Positions 41,096-54,555 of a stretch of 64,000 bases of DNA are shown here, piece by piece. This DNA is from Octopus sinensis (lineage: Eukaryota): contig NC_043003.1 in NCBI RefSeq assembly GCF_006345805.1, positions 95,790,001 through 95,854,000 of the forward strand. Reading direction: 5' to 3'. The notes below the pieces were generated by a model. It was given only the letters and a program-made list of their open reading frames with translations. It did not search any database and was not told where the DNA came from. The position numbers and the translations under genes are program-made. The number at the start of each line of letters is the position of its first letter. The stretch's first letter is position 1.

Positions 41096-42706
41096 TGGGC
41101 TTTTTTCAGTTTCCATCTACCAAATCCACTCACAATGCTTTGGTCAAGCCCAAAGCTATAGTAGAAGACATTTGTCCAAGGTGTCCCACAGTGGGACTGA
41201 ACCCAGAAACATGTGGTTGGGAAGCAAGATTCTTACCACACAGGCTCACTTGTCATTATTACTGGTGTTTGGAACGTGAATTAAGATGAAAGATTTTAAT
41301 CTAACCCTTTGGCATTCAGACCCATCATATCTGGCCAAAATATTTAAAGTTTTATGTTGAAACTGGCCAGATCTGGCCTCTCAACTCATCCCTGCAATGT
41401 CATTGTAAAACTAAGCAGTCACGTCATCAACATCTCTAAACTACAAGATAATGCATGATTAATTTAAAACTATATGAATAAACAAACATTATATTTGGCC
41501 AAATAATCTGAATACTAAAGGGCTAAATCACTTCAAAACAGGCTTGTATTATGGAAACGGAAAAAAAAAAATTTGTTTTTAATCAAGTCTTTGAAGCCAA
41601 ACGTTTCCACCATGTCTCAGAAGTAAGTCATAGAAACTGCAGCTGTTGAATATTGATTCTTATTAACACTTTTTCTTCTATCCACATATGGCGTAATTTT
41701 TCAGGAAAATTTAGCTGCTATTTCTAGCAGATAAAGAGAATGCAAGGAAAGGTTTTTGTTTTTGTTTGTACATGATGTGGATTTCATGTTGCCGTACTTT
41801 TGTATGTACTGCTGCTGCTGCTGCTACCACTACCCTTATTATCATCAATTTAATGTCCATGTTTCCAAGCTCACATATGTTGACTGGGTGTGTCTGCAAT
41901 GTATCACATTGTTATGCAATTTGATCCTTTTCCTCCCCATCATAGAGACGAAACACCCAGGCTTCATCAAACAACATTATTTCTTTACCATTAATATGTC
42001 TAATAACTTTCCTGACTGAGAATGTAATACACTTGGCCACTACCTTATTAAAATTAGTAGCCAAACCACCCAGAAATCACAACCAACGGTCATAATAAAA
42101 AAAGGGGGCGGATACATTGGCCAATATGATCCTAGATACATCATACTGAAAAAGTAAAAAAATGAGATGGACTATGTTAGAATGCCTCAATCAGTCCTAC
42201 TTAACTAGTATTGACCTGTGGCTAAACAACTTATACCTTGCATAATTAGTTTTATGCCTAGTTGCAAAGAAATACATTAAAAAATTTTCTTTTTTTGTCT
42301 TTTTAATGGGGAAAGCAAATTCCTGACTCAGACACTATTTACAAGTACAAAAGTGGGGAATGATATCAGGTGATGTGTTTGCTTTTCTGAAAGCCTTTGA
42401 AAGCATTAGCAATAAAACCGGTTTATCAAGGAAATTATAAAATGAAAATGAATTACTAACATGAAAAAAAAAATGAAAAAAAAATTTACATTGAAATATT
42501 TCAATAATCAAAACATGTCTGGAAAGTATTCAGGTAATTCAAAACACAACTAATTTAAAATAAACTGAATCACTACTGCTTCCGCAAAGAGACTGCCAAT
42601 TTGTAGGTACTCATCCTGGAAGAAATAGCAGCCATATCACCCTTGAATCATACAACTAATCTTTAAAATAGATTCAAGACACACGGAATAATATAGTCAT
42701 AGATAC

Positions 42707-43118
42707 ATAGGCGCAGGAGTGGCTGTGTGGTAAGTAGCTTGCTTACCAACCACATGGTTCCGGGTTCAGTCCCACTGCATGGCATCTTGGGCAAGTGTCT
42801 TCTGCTATAGCCCTGGGCCGACCAATGCCTTGTGAGTGGATTTGGTAGATGGAAACTGAAAGAAGCCTGTCGTATATATGTATATATATATATATATATT
42901 TATGTGTGTGTATATGTTTGTGTGTCTGTGTTTGTCCCCCCAGGCATTGCTTGACAACCGATGCTGGTGTGTTTACGTCACTGTCACTTAGCAGTTCGGC
43001 AAAAGAGACCAATAGAATAAGTACTGGGCTTACAAAGAATAAGTCCCGGGGTCGATTTGCTCGACTAAGGCGGTGCTCCAGCATGGCCACAGTCAAATGA
43101 CTGAAACAAGTAAAAGAG
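42707..43118 (+). mobile_element. SINE family A, full length
   Basis: Near-identical to 19276-19683. Confidence 0.92.
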
Positions 43119-43439
43119 TATAGTTTGGTATTATTTAACTTGGCTATCTCCAGCCTATATTTTATTAGTTTTATGTTCAAATCAACCAGATCTGCCTTCT
43201 CACATCTACCCTACAGTATCAGTCTAAAAATAAACAATCACATCATTGAAATCTCAAAGCTGTGAGATAATACATGATTAATTCAAAACAAAGTGAGTGA
43301 GCAAGCATTGTATTTAACAGGGTAGTGTAAATGCTAAACGGTTAAATAAAAGATAAGGTGGTGGTGGCTGGAATATCTTTCATCATAGGCTTGCTCAATC
43401 ATTGTTGAAACTAGGCTCAATAATATCAACTGATCTCTT

Positions 43440-43995
43440 ATCTTTTGTTTGTTTCAGTCATTGGACTGTGGCCATGCTGGAGCATTGACCTGAAATGTTT
43501 TAGCCAAACAAATTGACCTCAGTACTTATTTAGTACTAGCACTTATTCTATCATCATCATCATCGTTTAACGTCTGTTTTCTGCGCTAGCACGGGTTGGA
43601 CGGTTCGACCGGGGTCTGGGAAGCCACGAGGCTGCACCAGGCTCCAGTCTGATCTGGCAGTGTTTCTACAGCTGGATGCCCTTCCTAATGCCAACCACTC
43701 TTTGAGTGTAGTGGGTGCTTTTTACGAGCCACCGGCACAGGTGCCAGGGGAGTCTGGCAGCGGCCACGATCGGTTAGTGCTTTTTATGTGCCACCGGCAC
43801 AAACCAAACTCCTAAGAGAAGTAAACAAACCAACACCAGTAGTCAAGCAGTGGGGGGGGGGGACAAACACAAAAACACACACAAATGTATATATTTTTAT
43901 ATATTTATACACACACACACACAGCAGGCTTCTTTCAGTTTCCACATCCACTGGAACTATGTGGTTGGGAAGCAAACTCCTTATGATACAACCAT
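43440..43995 (-). mobile_element. SINE family A copy split by a family E element (43553-43800)
   Basis: A fragments at 43440-43550 and 43805-43995. Confidence 0.75.
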
Positions 43996-44227
43996 TCCTG
44001 CACCTATTGATACTGGTTTCAAATTTTGGCATAAGGCCAGCAAGTCTGGGGGAAGGGGTACTTTTTTTATCAATCCCGAAAGGATGAAAGGCAAAGTCAA
44101 CGTTGGTGGAATTTGAACTCAGAACATAAGGACAGACAAAATGCTGCTAAGGCAACTTTGCTTGGCATTTTAACGATACTGCAAGCTCACTGCCTTTGCA
44201 CCTTTTGATATGGTGTAATGGTAATGA

Positions 44228-44603
44228 GTGGAGGCGCAATAGCCCAGTGGTTAGGGCAGCGGACTCGCGGTCATAGGATCGCGGTTTCGATTCCCAGACC
44301 GGGCGTTGTGAGTGTTTATTGAGCGAAAACACCTAAAGCTTCACGAGGCTCCGACAGGGGATGGTGGTGATCCCTGCTGTACTCTTTCACCACAACTTTC
44401 TCTCACTCTTACTTCCTGTTTCTGTTGTACCTTGTATTTCAAAGGCCGGCCTTGTCACTCTGAATATCCCCGAGAACTACGTTAAGGGTACATGTGTCTG
44501 TGGAGTGCTCAGCCACTTACACGTTAATTTCACGAGCAGGCTGTTCCGTTGATTCGGATCAACCAGAACCCTCATCGTCGTAACCGACGGAGTGCTTCCA
44601 TCC
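44228..44603 (+). mobile_element. SINE family C (tail C2), full length with 11-bp TSD
   Basis: TSD AATGGTAATGA at 44217-44227 and 44604-44614. Confidence 0.92.
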
Positions 44604-46139
44604 AATGGTAATGAACTGAGTCCAGTCTGATTTTGATCAAAATAGTTTCATTTCACTTAGTCTGCTAAAACTCTTGGGAAAGGTCTGAACATCACAACTT
44701 CTTAGAAGACAGTACAGGAGCTAAGTAAATATTAAAACTTTTATGCCTTGTAGGAGAGAAACTAATGTAAATAATATGCACTGAAAAGCAGTAATTCCTG
44801 AAAGTATACTGAAGTTAAGAATTAATTTAACTCTAATTGGGTTAACATGTGTCACTGCTTTCAAAATAAGAAAGAGAAAAAAAGAGAAACATTATTGTCT
44901 TTCTAAATAAAACGGAAAGGGAATAGTTCCAAAAGCAGAAAAGTAACACAAATGAAAATAGGTTAATTTGATAGAAAGTAAAATGCAATTAAAACCTAAA
45001 ATTAACAACAACAATAACAACAGTCCAACTTATGCTAGCACAGAAAATGGATGATGGTGATGATGATGATGTTGATAAGGAAAGGTTTCAAATTTTAGCA
45101 CAAGGCCAGCAATTTTGGAGGGACTGGGTTAGTCGATTACAGCAACCCAAATGCTCAACTGGAACTTATTTTATTGATCTGGAAAGAATAAAAGGCAATG
45201 TTGACCTTGGCAAAATTGGAACTCAGAACAAAAAATGTTGGTAGAAATGATGTCAAGCATTTTTGTCCAATGCAGTAATGATTCTACCAGGTCACTGCCT
45301 TAATAATAAGAATAATAATTTTATTGGCACCAACTAAATCAACCCTAGTATTTAACTGGTACTAATTTAAATCATCTCCAACCAGATTTGAAATCAGAAA
45401 ATAAAATGGCATAATTAATTTACCAGTAAACATTTTGTTTGATATTCTGCTGATTCAATCTATCTACCAGCAGTAACTATCATTATTATTAATTAGAAAA
45501 AGATACTAAGCTATAAAAATACCCATTCCCAAAAAGAAAAAAAAAGAAAGAAAAAAAACAATAGTATCTATTTTCAAACTTGAAAATTAATGTACTGCAA
45601 TTAAATGTGTATAATGCAACAGTAAGTAATTAGGTTCCAAACTTCAGATGCCCATGATAAATGATTCTCTTAGTTCACCAAAGGTGTTGAAATGGAACGT
45701 CTTAAAAGTGCTTGTGACATCAAACTAGTAATCACCTTAAATAACCCTGATTAATGCAAAAAAAGTCACAATAACATTAGCAAAACAATATCACAGACCA
45801 TGTTGATAGCGTGCAGAAACTGACCAGGTCATCATCATCATTATTATCATCAACATTTGAAGTTCGTTTTCCATACTGGTATGGACTGGGTAGTTTGACA
45901 AGAACCAGTGAACTGCAGAGCTTTGCCATGGTTTCTATGGCTGGATGCCCTTCCTAATGCCAATCACTTTACAGTGTGTACTGGGTGCTTGGTATGCTTA
46001 CATATTCACATCAAGGTATTCAGAAAGTAATTGTGTATGTTTCTGCTGAGTGATTTGTGTTAGGAAAAGCATCCAGCTGTAAAAATCTTGCCATAACAGT
46101 CACAGCAGTCTGGTAATTCTTGCAATGCATCTGCTTGAA

Positions 46140-46420
46140 CAGAACTGGTATTATCCACGATGAAGAAATGACTCAAAGAAAGATCATCAATGCAGATGTT
46201 ATTGCTAGCAACTTGATTGCGTAAGTGAAGCAATACATCAAAAGTAGCCAGCTTTTTTATACAAGGACAGTGTTAATCTCCAGCATGACAACGAAAGGGC
46301 TCACTTTGCCAAACATATCCAAGATAAAAGTTCTTCCATATGCCCAACACTCACTGGTCTTAGCACCTATAAAGTATCATTTGTTTCTTGCATCAGTCAT
46401 AAAGAACATTTGTGATATAC
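46140..46420 (+). mobile_element. Mariner transposase relic
   Basis: Frameshifted translations LQHDNERAH (cf. FHHDNARPH) and VLPYAQHSLVLAPIKYHLF (cf. VLPHPPYSPDLAPSDYHLF). Confidence 0.75.
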
Positions 46421-46693
46421 ACTATGGTGTTATGGACACTTGATAGAACATATTGATGGTGCTTGTTCTTTATCTTTTTCTTCTTTCAGTCATCAGACTG
46501 TGGCCATGCTGGGGCACCACCTTGAATTTCTAGTTGAATGAATCGCCCCCAGTACTTATTTTTTAAAGCCTGATGCTTATACTATCAGTTTCTTTTTACT
46601 GAACTGCTAAGTTTCAAGGGTGTAAACACACCAACACCAGCTGTCAAGCAGTAATGGGGAGTGGGGGACAAACACACACACATATATATATAT

Positions 46694-47030
46694 GAGGTAG
46701 TGGGGCTCTGAAAGGGGTCTCAGGGAGTAGCGTCCCTGCCTTCCTGAGCTAGTTTTCCACCACATTTCTAAAAAATCATGGTAGAGTCCTTGGTCTCGGG
46801 ACCACTCACATCTAGAAACTGAGTTTGGGGGTAAGTAAGGGCATGCTTCCCATAGAAAATCCAGCTCCAAAAAAGCTTCATGATAGCAAAGGAGAATGGG
46901 CACCAACCAGCCCAAAGGTTGGGGTGGGCTGCACCTGCCTACCTGGGTTGCTATGGCATTGAGGTAGATCTGGCCACCCCTGTTAATGGAGATAAAACCT
47001 GGATGTAAAACACTGGATGATGATGATGAT
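46694..47030 (+). mobile_element. (GAT)n-tailed retroposon inserted in the central microsatellite of a family A SINE (46475-47195)
   Basis: GC-rich 337-bp insert ending CTGGATGATGATGATGAT, between A halves at 46475-46690 and 47035-47195. Confidence 0.6.
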
Positions 47031-47765
47031 GATATACATACAATGGGCTTCTTTCAGTTTCCATCTACCAAATCCATTCATAAGGCTTTGGTTAGTCTGA
47101 GGCTATAGTAGAAGACACTTGCCCAAGGTGCCATACAGTAGGACTGAACATGGAACCATGTGGTTGGGAAGCAAGCTTCTTACCACACAGCCATACATAT
47201 ATATATAAAGAGAATGATAGAGAGATAGTCATCTATGTATTGTACTTAATGTATACAGTGTTGATAGGCCAACTACATGAGTATTTATCCTGAGATAACA
47301 TCTATGAATTTACTGCATTAAAAACACTAAATGTCAGAGAAAGAGAGAGATGAAAGTTTGGGCCCTTCTTACTATTGTCTTATCACTAACATCCAGCATT
47401 ACAAAGGTGATAGAGATAACCATTAACTACAACCTTCTCTAACCCTTAAACTTCTTCCTCTCCTTAATGACCACCAGAATAGCTTCACAGATCAACTCTT
47501 ATGTATCACTCACCACTGGACTTTCACCTTCAAGAGCTTTAGTGAAAGCAGTGTTCTTATATTTGAGAGCAGCAAAGTTTTCTACTGTCAGTTTGCCAAA
47601 TCTCCTCTCAAACTGGCCGGCCATCTCTGCCTACAGGCTTTATCCATCTCTTGTCTCTTGGATCAGTGACTTCCAATTAGATTGCAATATTGCTAAATAT
47701 GATGAAAGAGCTCTCCCTGAACCACACCCCATTAACCATAATATGTAACCTATATGACTAATCCT

Positions 47766-47978
47766 AAGGGCGGCGAGCTGGCAGAAATGTTAGCACGCCG
47801 GGTGAAATGCTTTGTGGTATTTCGTCTGCCGCTACGTTCTGGGTTCAAATTCCGCCGAGGTCGACTTTGCTTTTATAAGTACCAGTTACGCACTGGGTTC
47901 GATATAATCGACTTAATCCCTTTGTCTGTCCTTGTTTGTCCCCTCTGTGTTTAGCCCCTTGTGGGTAGTAAAGAAATA
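47766..47978 (+). mobile_element. SINE family B (tail B1) with ~15-bp TSD
   Basis: TATATGACTAATCCT at 47751-47765 versus TATATGCCTAATCCT at 47979-47993. Confidence 0.9.
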
Positions 47979-48716
47979 TATATGCCTAATCCTCCTCTTC
48001 CTTTTTCTATGCACTAATGATCCACTTATCACCTCGAGAAAATACAATGCTTTATTCATTCCTATTCTATCACATCCAAATGTCATCTACATGCAACCAA
48101 GACACATCACACAAAATTTGCAATAACTCCATGATCAGTAACCTTGAAAACATCTGTCAATAAAGTCATCACCACCAAAAAATCGTCTCCTGCAGTTAGA
48201 TTAAAAGCACAATCACTGCAGATATTAAGTTAACATTATTGTACAGCATCATCTTTAACCCTTTAGCATTTAAGTCGGCCACATCCAGTCCTGTTTTATG
48301 TTAAAGCTGACCAAATCCAACCTCTCACAACTACCCTTCAATGTCATTCTAAAAATAAACAATCATATTATCGAAATCTCAAAGCTATGAGACTATGTTG
48401 ATAAGCATTATCATTTACAGGGTTATTTGAATGCTGAAGGATTAAACAAGAGCAGTGTGCAGCTAAATCAACTTCACTTCAAATGCTAGGCTTCACTATT
48501 CCTATGGATCTCACCTGGCAAACACACATCCTTAACATAGCAAAGACAGCATCTCAAAGACTGATTTTTCGCTTCAGAACCAGAAAATATTTCAGACCTT
48601 TCCTTCTACAACCAAATTACTAAACCTCTACAAATCTCAGGTGAGACGCACAGTAGAGAACTGCTCCCATATCTGGGATGGCACTGTTGTTATACATACA
48701 GAGAAACACCCTAGAC

Positions 48717-48979
48717 CAGTGGTTCTCAGCTGGGGTCCGTATGGACCTGGGAAGGTGGGGGTCCATATAAGTTCTTATTGAGAAAATTTATGTGCAACAA
48801 ATTGGTTTTTACTTCTTCAATACACAAAATATTTTAACATTTTTCTTTATACAATACCTAATAATATTTAATTATAAAAATAGAATGGGATTTTTAAAAC
48901 ATTGAATGACTATGAAGGTCCACCTGAGTACAATGGGAATCAAAAGAGTCCATAGATAAAAAGTGGTTGAGAATCAATG
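48717..48979. mobile_element. hAT (Charlie/MER5-like) MITE with degenerate 8-bp TSD
   Basis: Termini CAGTGGTTCTCA and TGAGAATCAATG; TSD CCCTAGAC/TCCTTGAC. Related fragments at about 37044-37130 and 58585-58860. Confidence 0.8.
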
Positions 48980-51366
48980 TCCTTGACCAAATCCAGAGAA
49001 AGGCCACCTAATTGGCATGAAATCACTCACAAAAACATTTCTAACCCTAGTGCTGTCACTTCGTCTTTTCTACTGCTACTACAGTGGTCTATGCTCTCCT
49101 ACAGCCAGCTGGTTTTGTGCCATTTCCATTTAGTTACACACAAATCATCTCTTTCCATCACCCTGCATTATGAATCATATTGTGTTCATCATCACACCAC
49201 TACCACAAAAACCTCAACATTCTGACTTTCGTTCTCAAAACATCAATCCTCTGTAATTGCTTCCAGGTATGTCTTCTTCCTGAAGTTATCTACTTGGAAT
49301 AGTTTAAGTGGAAAGAAATCTGTATATATATCTCAAAAGATATGGATCCAGCTCCTTCCTCAAGATCAAAACAGTTTTTAAAATTTCCCTCCAATCGCAA
49401 CCTATTGTATTAAAACAACAAAAAAAAAGACACACTAGATATGTTCCTGGATGCACTATATCTCAAATAAATAAATAAATGAATCGTCACGGTTGGAATA
49501 CATTTGCTCGATCAGTGCTGACCTGGAGTTAAACAACAACAATCCACTATCCTAAAATACAGTTTATAAAACGGATTTCTTTTTCTTTTTTTTCCATATG
49601 ATCAGGTACAGTGGTCAGACACTACGCCTATATGCTTGGGCAAGACCATTATTAGTGGCGAGTCAGGTAGGGTTTTATGTTCAACTTGAGGCTTGCGGGA
49701 ATACATAAATTATTTATAAGTAAACCGCAAAATTATATAAGTTCGTACATACCCTAATAGTCTTTATTTGTTGTTTATAAGTACAACGCAATCACAACGA
49801 AAACAAGTGAAGCTGATCGCATAACTAGCCAATTTGATTACACTACTCAAGAAGCAGCCAAACCTCCTTCCATATCACAGCCTACCATATGACAAAAGAA
49901 AGAAAATACTGGACAATGTAGTTTAAGATGTACTGTATCCGTAAGATGGCGACAAGGTAGTCATGACAGGAACGTCTTTGATCATAGATTTGCGCAATCA
50001 GAGATGACAAGGGGCTGAAGAACAACAATCTCTTTATGTTTAGAGTTCAAATCTCGTCGACAGTCGATAAAATAAGCATTAGTTAGCATTAATCGAAGAG
50101 ACCTATGATCAAAGGCATTCCAGCTATGACCACCTCATCTTAGATTAATTTTCCAGATATGGTGTATATTGATCAATATTATCCAATCTATATTTCCTTC
50201 TTCCTTTTTTCTAGCACAATATTAAATCGTTCACACCTCGTCCTCATATCAATCAATTCCCTTATAGTGGTTGTCTATGCAAGGTGTTAATTTGCAATCA
50301 CACTAACCTGATACAGTAATAGGGTTTATCTGCAGTTTAAATATTCTTCGATTTCACTATCAACGTTTTCGTTGCTGAAGTCAATATGCACTCAAATAAA
50401 AAGTATCGAATAACGCTTCAGTACAGTGTTCAATCGATTTTTAAAAAAAATTATTTTATTTATAACTTGAAATAAAACTAAACTATGTGTATGTATATGA
50501 TGGACTCTCCTGTCGGTTTCGACAACCAATACTTTCTTTATATCTGTGTATGTGAGATGGAGAGATGCCCACATATAAATACATACATAAACACAAGTTA
50601 GGTATGTAAACAAATTTACATCTACATAAAATTTTCGCAAGAGAAGCAAGAATATCGATTCATAAAACAGAATTCTACAGACTGTACACACACACACACA
50701 TGCACGTTTATTTCCATAATGCATTGCAATATATTGGAAAAAGGGAAAAGAAGAAAAAAATTCAGTGATCACGCAAGAACAGCTGTTGACATATTAAATA
50801 GGAGTAACTGACACAGAATTTGACAGAATAAAGAAATAGGTGGACGAATATACAAAAACAAAATACAATTTCACCCAGGGATATAAATAAATACAAGAGA
50901 AACACGGATTGCAACATAGTGTTGCAATCGATGTTAAAAGCTGTCGAATCCAGGACTTGTTTTAGATGCTAGAAGGTGAGTCATCAAACACATAACAAAT
51001 AATTATGTTGTGAAATATAAGCCGAGGACTGTCGGATCCTTCTTCTTCCAAGGTAACAGACTTTGATGAATAATAAATGAAAAGAAGAACTGAATTCCAT
51101 GGCATTAATAACATAGGGATAACAGAGTTTTATGTGTGTGCGTTTGTCCTTCCTAGACATCCACAAATGCACGATGAAAGAGGTGGGGAGTAGGAAAAGA
51201 AGGAATAAATAAATAAATATCTGTGTCAATATTGATGCTACCATGTTTACAATGTAAAAATGCATTCGAACCAATTAAGAAATAGAGCGAGAGAGAAAAC
51301 AATATTTTAGTGAAATAATTATATTATATCAGCAGCGAATTTTAAAACAGAGATAGTTTAGCTTAC

Positions 51367-51431
51367 ACCAAGTCATCTTCGATAATCTCAGGGTCGTAAT
51401 AATCCCTGTTACTATCACGATTGATACCCAT
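51367..51431 (-). CDS. R3HDM4: R3H domain-containing protein 4, coding exon 1 (MGINRDSNRDYYDPEIIEDDL-V)
   Basis: ATG at 51431-51429 and an open frame to a consensus GT|GTAAGC donor (CTTAC on plus at 51362-51366). Phase 2 matches exon 2. The NRF1 palindrome is about 50 bp upstream, in CpG-rich context. The N-terminus is poorly conserved, so this assignment rests on phase and promoter context; intron 1 is 19.4 kb. Confidence 0.65.
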
Positions 51432-51483
51432 TCTGGATGAACCTTGTCAGACAACTGCCATTAACACATCAACAACTATGCAC

Positions 51484-51495
51484 TGCGCATGCGCA
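51484..51495. promoter_or_regulatory. NRF1-type palindrome TGCGCATGCGCA, R3HDM4 proximal promoter
   Basis: Perfect 12-bp NRF1/Ewg consensus palindrome 53 bp upstream of the predicted ATG; typical of housekeeping promoters. Confidence 0.7.
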
Positions 51496-51676
51496 CACAC
51501 AATAACGGGGGATAATTCATTTCAACCTTCCACAGAAAGACACTCAAGAAGAAAGGGTCACACTGACATTCAAATTTTTTTTTTCTCTTTCTACTAAAAG
51601 AACAATGTCTAAAATTTTCTGGGGTAGGGGAACAGGTCGATTACATCGACCTCATTGCTCAGCTGGTACTTATTTT

Positions 51677-52232
51677 GGCATATCTTGTGTGTGCCAAAAT
51701 TGTTTCCTCATAACTTCAGAAAAATGGATAATTTTTTTTTAATGAAATTTTCTACAAATTCCTCTCAGGTGGTGTAAATTATGACTATATCGGAATTTAA
51801 TGTGAAAAAAAAAAAAATTGGGGGTCGCACATTCATACGTACTGACATACATCACATTTATGTATATATATCTACAAAATGAGACGGAAAATTTCGAAAA
51901 AGATTGTGACGTGTCAGCATCCATGTGTGCGCAACAAGTTTTTTTTTTTTTTTTTTTTTTATTAATTCCAATATAATCGCAATCTACACAATATGAGAAA
52001 TATTTGTAAAAAATGTCATTAAAAATATGCTGAAACAAAGTCGACTCGCGAAAATTATCTGAAACTCATCTTCAACCATCTCCGAAAAAGTTTTCCTCAG
52101 CAAATTTCGATATAATCGGAATCTGCATTATCTGAAATGTATTTGTAGAAAATTCCTTTAAAACTCCCTATTTTTCTGAAAGTTATGAAGAAACAAAGTC
52201 GGTAGGGGGGGGGGGCACACGAGTAGGCATAC
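51677..52232. mobile_element. Mutator-like MITE, ~130-bp imperfect TIRs, 9-bp TSD
   Basis: ACTTATTTT at 51668-51676 and 52233-52241. Removing the insert restores a family B SINE (51620-52360, minus). Confidence 0.75.
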
Positions 52233-52580
52233 ACTTATTTTATCGACCCCAAAAGGATGAAAAGCAAAGTTCAACCTCGGTGCAATTTCAACTCAGCGTA
52301 AAGCTGAAAGAAATGTCACGAAGCATTTTATTCCGTGTGCTAATGATTCTGCCAGTTCGGCTGTTGCTCGAGACGGAGAGAATGTGCTCACTTGTATCAC
52401 ATCACAGAAGCAAAGCAACGATTTGCATGATGCAATAAGGTTTTCATGTCGCATTCATTTTGAGCTGGAAAAATTTGAGTTTATCACTGTCAACGAAACT
52501 TCTTATATAATTATACGATTTTACAAGGAAAAGGTTGACAGTGACTCCGAAGTTTCGGCTTACTCGCCATCATCGAATAA

Positions 52581-52966
52581 AAAAAGGAGCACTCCGTCGG
52601 TTACGACGATGAGGGTCCCAGCTGATACGATCAACGGAACAGCTTGCTCGTGGAATTAACGTGCAAGTGGCTGAGCATTCCACAGACACGTGTACCCTTA
52701 ACGTAGTTCTCGAGGAGATTCAGCGTGACACAGAGTGTGACAAGGCTGGACCTTTGAAATACAGGTACAACAGAAACAGGAAGAAAGAGTGAGAGAAAGT
52801 TGTGGTGAAAGAGTACAGCAGGGTTCACCACCACCCCCTGCAGGAGCCTTGTGAAGCTTTAGGTGTTTTCGCTCAATAAACACTCACAATGCCCGGTCTG
52901 GGAATCGAAACCGCGATCCTACGACCGCGAGTCCGCTGCCCTAACCACTGGGCCATTGCGCCTCCA
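52581..52966 (-). mobile_element. SINE family C (tail C2), full length with 14-bp TSD
   Basis: TSD CCATCATCGAATAA at 52567-52580 and 52967-52980. Confidence 0.95.
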
Positions 52967-54087
52967 CCATCATCGAATAACTGATTTATAGACAGGCATC
53001 TCAAAAGCAAATAGACATTATTTTTTGAAAAATTTTATTTCTAGAAGCAAAGCGTTTAAATATTTAATTTATTATTTAGTAGACCTGTTTTGTGTATAAT
53101 ATATTAACAAACTTTGAAACACCAGGTAATGTCCGCAAAGATAAAACAGCATAATGAGTGGTGTCTCTTTACTTTTGAGGTAATTGTGTATACGTATGTA
53201 TGTTGTGCCTTATATATACACATACATACATACATACATACATACATACATACATACATACATACACACACACACACCTTCTCGACTTACGACCACAAAA
53301 AAAAAAATAATAAAATAAATTAACTAATTAAAAAATCGATTTTCGGACGTTGGACTGTCTCTACTCGTCAATCCAGAGAGGTACATTTTCTTATTTTCTC
53401 TCTCTCCTTGTTGTTTTTATATTGGAACGATAAAATAAAGGACATTTTCAAGTATCATTTTCTTCTGTCATTTATTGCATAGACTTCAAAAACAATCGAC
53501 TTAACCATTATGTCCTTTGTGACCTGACATCTACCATACATCTTTGACAACAATGTTTAAAAAAACCAAACATGCACTCTTTTCAAGTCGCCAACCATCA
53601 ACATATAAACTGTTACATTTCTGGTGAAGACAAGGTACGAACAACAGCACATATTTAGTTACACACACACACGACTAGTGAAAAGGTTGCAAGTAAATGA
53701 GTGGAAATCAGACCGGTGAGTGTGTTAAATTAATAAGGCACTAAAAGAGAATGACTCAACACACGAATTCACATAAAGAATCTTGCAAATCACATACAAA
53801 AACGAAGTGCAGTGTTTCTTTTCTGGTTTTGCAAGTGTTGTGAATGAGAAAGGAAACTAAGAGATGCTGGGTGCTCTGAACCAGGTAAATTTTACTCTAT
53901 GTGCAACTTGATCGAAACGAAGTCGTACAGGGAAAAGTAGGGAGGTGACTAAGTGAGGGTACAGAAAACACGGTCTGTGTTTTGTGTGTGTGTGCGTGAA
54001 AATGCCAGGAGAAAGTGGCAACGATATTAAGTCTGTTCAAGTTAAGCTGGGAAGCGAGTTCAATGCAGTTGACAAGTAATGTAATGT

Positions 54088-54106
54088 ATTGGTGAACTCT
54101 CGCGAG
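54088..54106. promoter_or_regulatory. Adjacent CCAAT box (ATTGG) and TCTCGCGAG motif, possible orphan promoter
   Basis: ATTGG at 54088-54092 and TCTCGCGAG at 54098-54106 (a near match to the TCTCGCGAGA housekeeping motif), in CpG-rich unique sequence. Confidence 0.3.
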
Positions 54107-54318
54107 GTGCAGCATCGAACGTGGGTAGTGTTGGGAATTAGAGCTAACTTGATACAGACAGAAACAAATCGCAGGTTGCATATGTGTAATTGGATGTATG
54201 CACGTTGTTTACGCCAAAAAGAGAAAAGTGCAGCAAAATTTAACTAAGCTGAGAAAACTGCAAACATTCATACAAAAGCATGAAGTCAAGAGAACAGCAT
54301 GTGGTCTTAATGCAAGAT

Positions 54319-54555
54319 TAAGGCGGCGAGCTGGCAGAAACGTTAGCACGCCGGGCGAAATGCTTAGCGGTATTTCGTCTGCGTTACGTTGTGAGTTCAA
54401 ATTCCGCCGAGGTCGACTTTGCCTTTCATCCTTTCGGGGTCGATAAATTAAGTACCAGTCACGCACTGGGGTCGATGTAATCGACTTAATACCTATGTCT
54501 GTCCTTGTTTGTCCCCTCTGTGTTTAGCCCTTTGTGGGTAATAAAGAAATAGGTA
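54319..54555 (+). mobile_element. SINE family B (tail B1), full length, young, with 12-bp TSD
   Basis: TSD TTAATGCAAGAT at 54307-54318 and 54556-54567; CpGs intact. Confidence 0.95.

Larger units (their letters stand above)
47380..49340 (+). mobile_element. Old CR1-group LINE ORF2 relic, interrupted by a SINE and two MITEs
   Basis: Fragments AYRLYPSLVSWISDF, LGFTIPMDLTWQTHILNIAKTASQRL, LYKSQVRRTVENCSHIWDG and IQRKAT; same family as 61750-63050. Confidence 0.7.
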
